DNA of 64,000 nucleotides from an uncultured Flavobacteriales bacterium (lineage in GTDB: Bacteria > Bacteroidota > Bacteroidia > Flavobacteriales_D > Crocinitomicaceae), in assembly GCA_913020765.1 (NCBI GenBank), contig CAJWAO010000003.1, positions 64 through 64,063 of the forward strand, in the 5' to 3' direction. The number at the start of each line of letters is the position of its first letter. Positions within the stretch are counted from its first letter, which is position 1. This document shows, piece after piece, positions 63,877 to 64,000 of the stretch. Position numbers and translations under genes: made by a program. A model generated the notes under the pieces. The model did no database searches. It was not told the origin of the DNA and saw only the letters and a list, made by a program, of their open reading frames with translations.

Positions 63877-64000
63877 AAGTTCGAAGTCCTTCAGGGGAAA
63901 TCAAATATCCCAGTGCGATATCTCTATCAGTGACATCATCAATTTGATAAGCCTGATTCGTATGACATATGCCAATATGAAGGCAATCCGATGCCGTTTT
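63869..64000 (-). CDS. 3' end of an unidentified gene running off the window (partial)
   Basis: The minus-strand frame is open from the window edge to the TGA at 63869-63871 (...DVTDRDIALGYLISPEGLRTFS*). It overlaps the convergent gene by 8 nt. Too short to identify. Confidence 0.25.
   Translation of the reverse strand, partial: KTASDCLHIGICHTNQAYQIDDVTDRDIALGYLISPEGLRTFS

Overview
The window is an AT-rich chromosomal segment that looks like Bacteroidota, probably Flavobacteriia-like. The evidence for this is several proteins with type IX secretion (T9SS) C-terminal sorting domains, TTG/TAnnTTTG-type promoter boxes, a near-universal Gln after predicted signal-peptide cleavage sites, and the conserved neighbourhoods rpsU-xer-hpf and PASTA-rluD. 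I count about 58 protein-coding genes, densely packed with many 1-14 nt overlaps, plus 4 tRNA genes on the minus strand: Ser-GCT, Pro-TGG, Arg-TCT and Cys-GCA. Most genes are housekeeping: dtd, rsgA, aroE, lpdA, lptB, tatC, pheS, rluD, apt, rpsU, hpf, purM, htpG and rnhB. Between them sit 6-7 T9SS cargo genes, four by type A CTD, two by type B CTD and possibly one more with a short atypical tail. There are also several OmpA-type and beta-barrel envelope proteins and a cyanophycin synthetase. I found no CRISPR array, IS element or transposase, prophage, reverse transcriptase, or recognisable defence or toxin-antitoxin module. I cannot point to a decisive novel multi-gene system. The best leads are: (1) a tightly coupled pair made of an unknown 725-aa protein and a nine-repeat thrombospondin-type-3 OmpA (57985-62804); (2) a same-strand cluster of secreted proteins at 35166-41204, comprising a beta-lactamase-like hydrolase, a 71-aa membrane protein, an L-type-lectin protein carrying six 53-aa two-Cys repeats, and a CotH kinase; (3) a decayed cold-shock-domain gene with one frameshift and two in-frame stops (996-1411); (4) a beta-propeller glutaminyl cyclase gene alongside a striking Gln+1 pattern in the secreted proteins; (5) a PorE-like multidomain OmpA protein; (6) a cphA gene and a histidine kinase gene that both lack their usual partners in this window. 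Several start codons were moved relative to the ORF track where a signal peptide or conserved N-terminus begins at an internal Met, GTG or TTG. All functional calls come from motif and architecture recognition by eye, with no database search.
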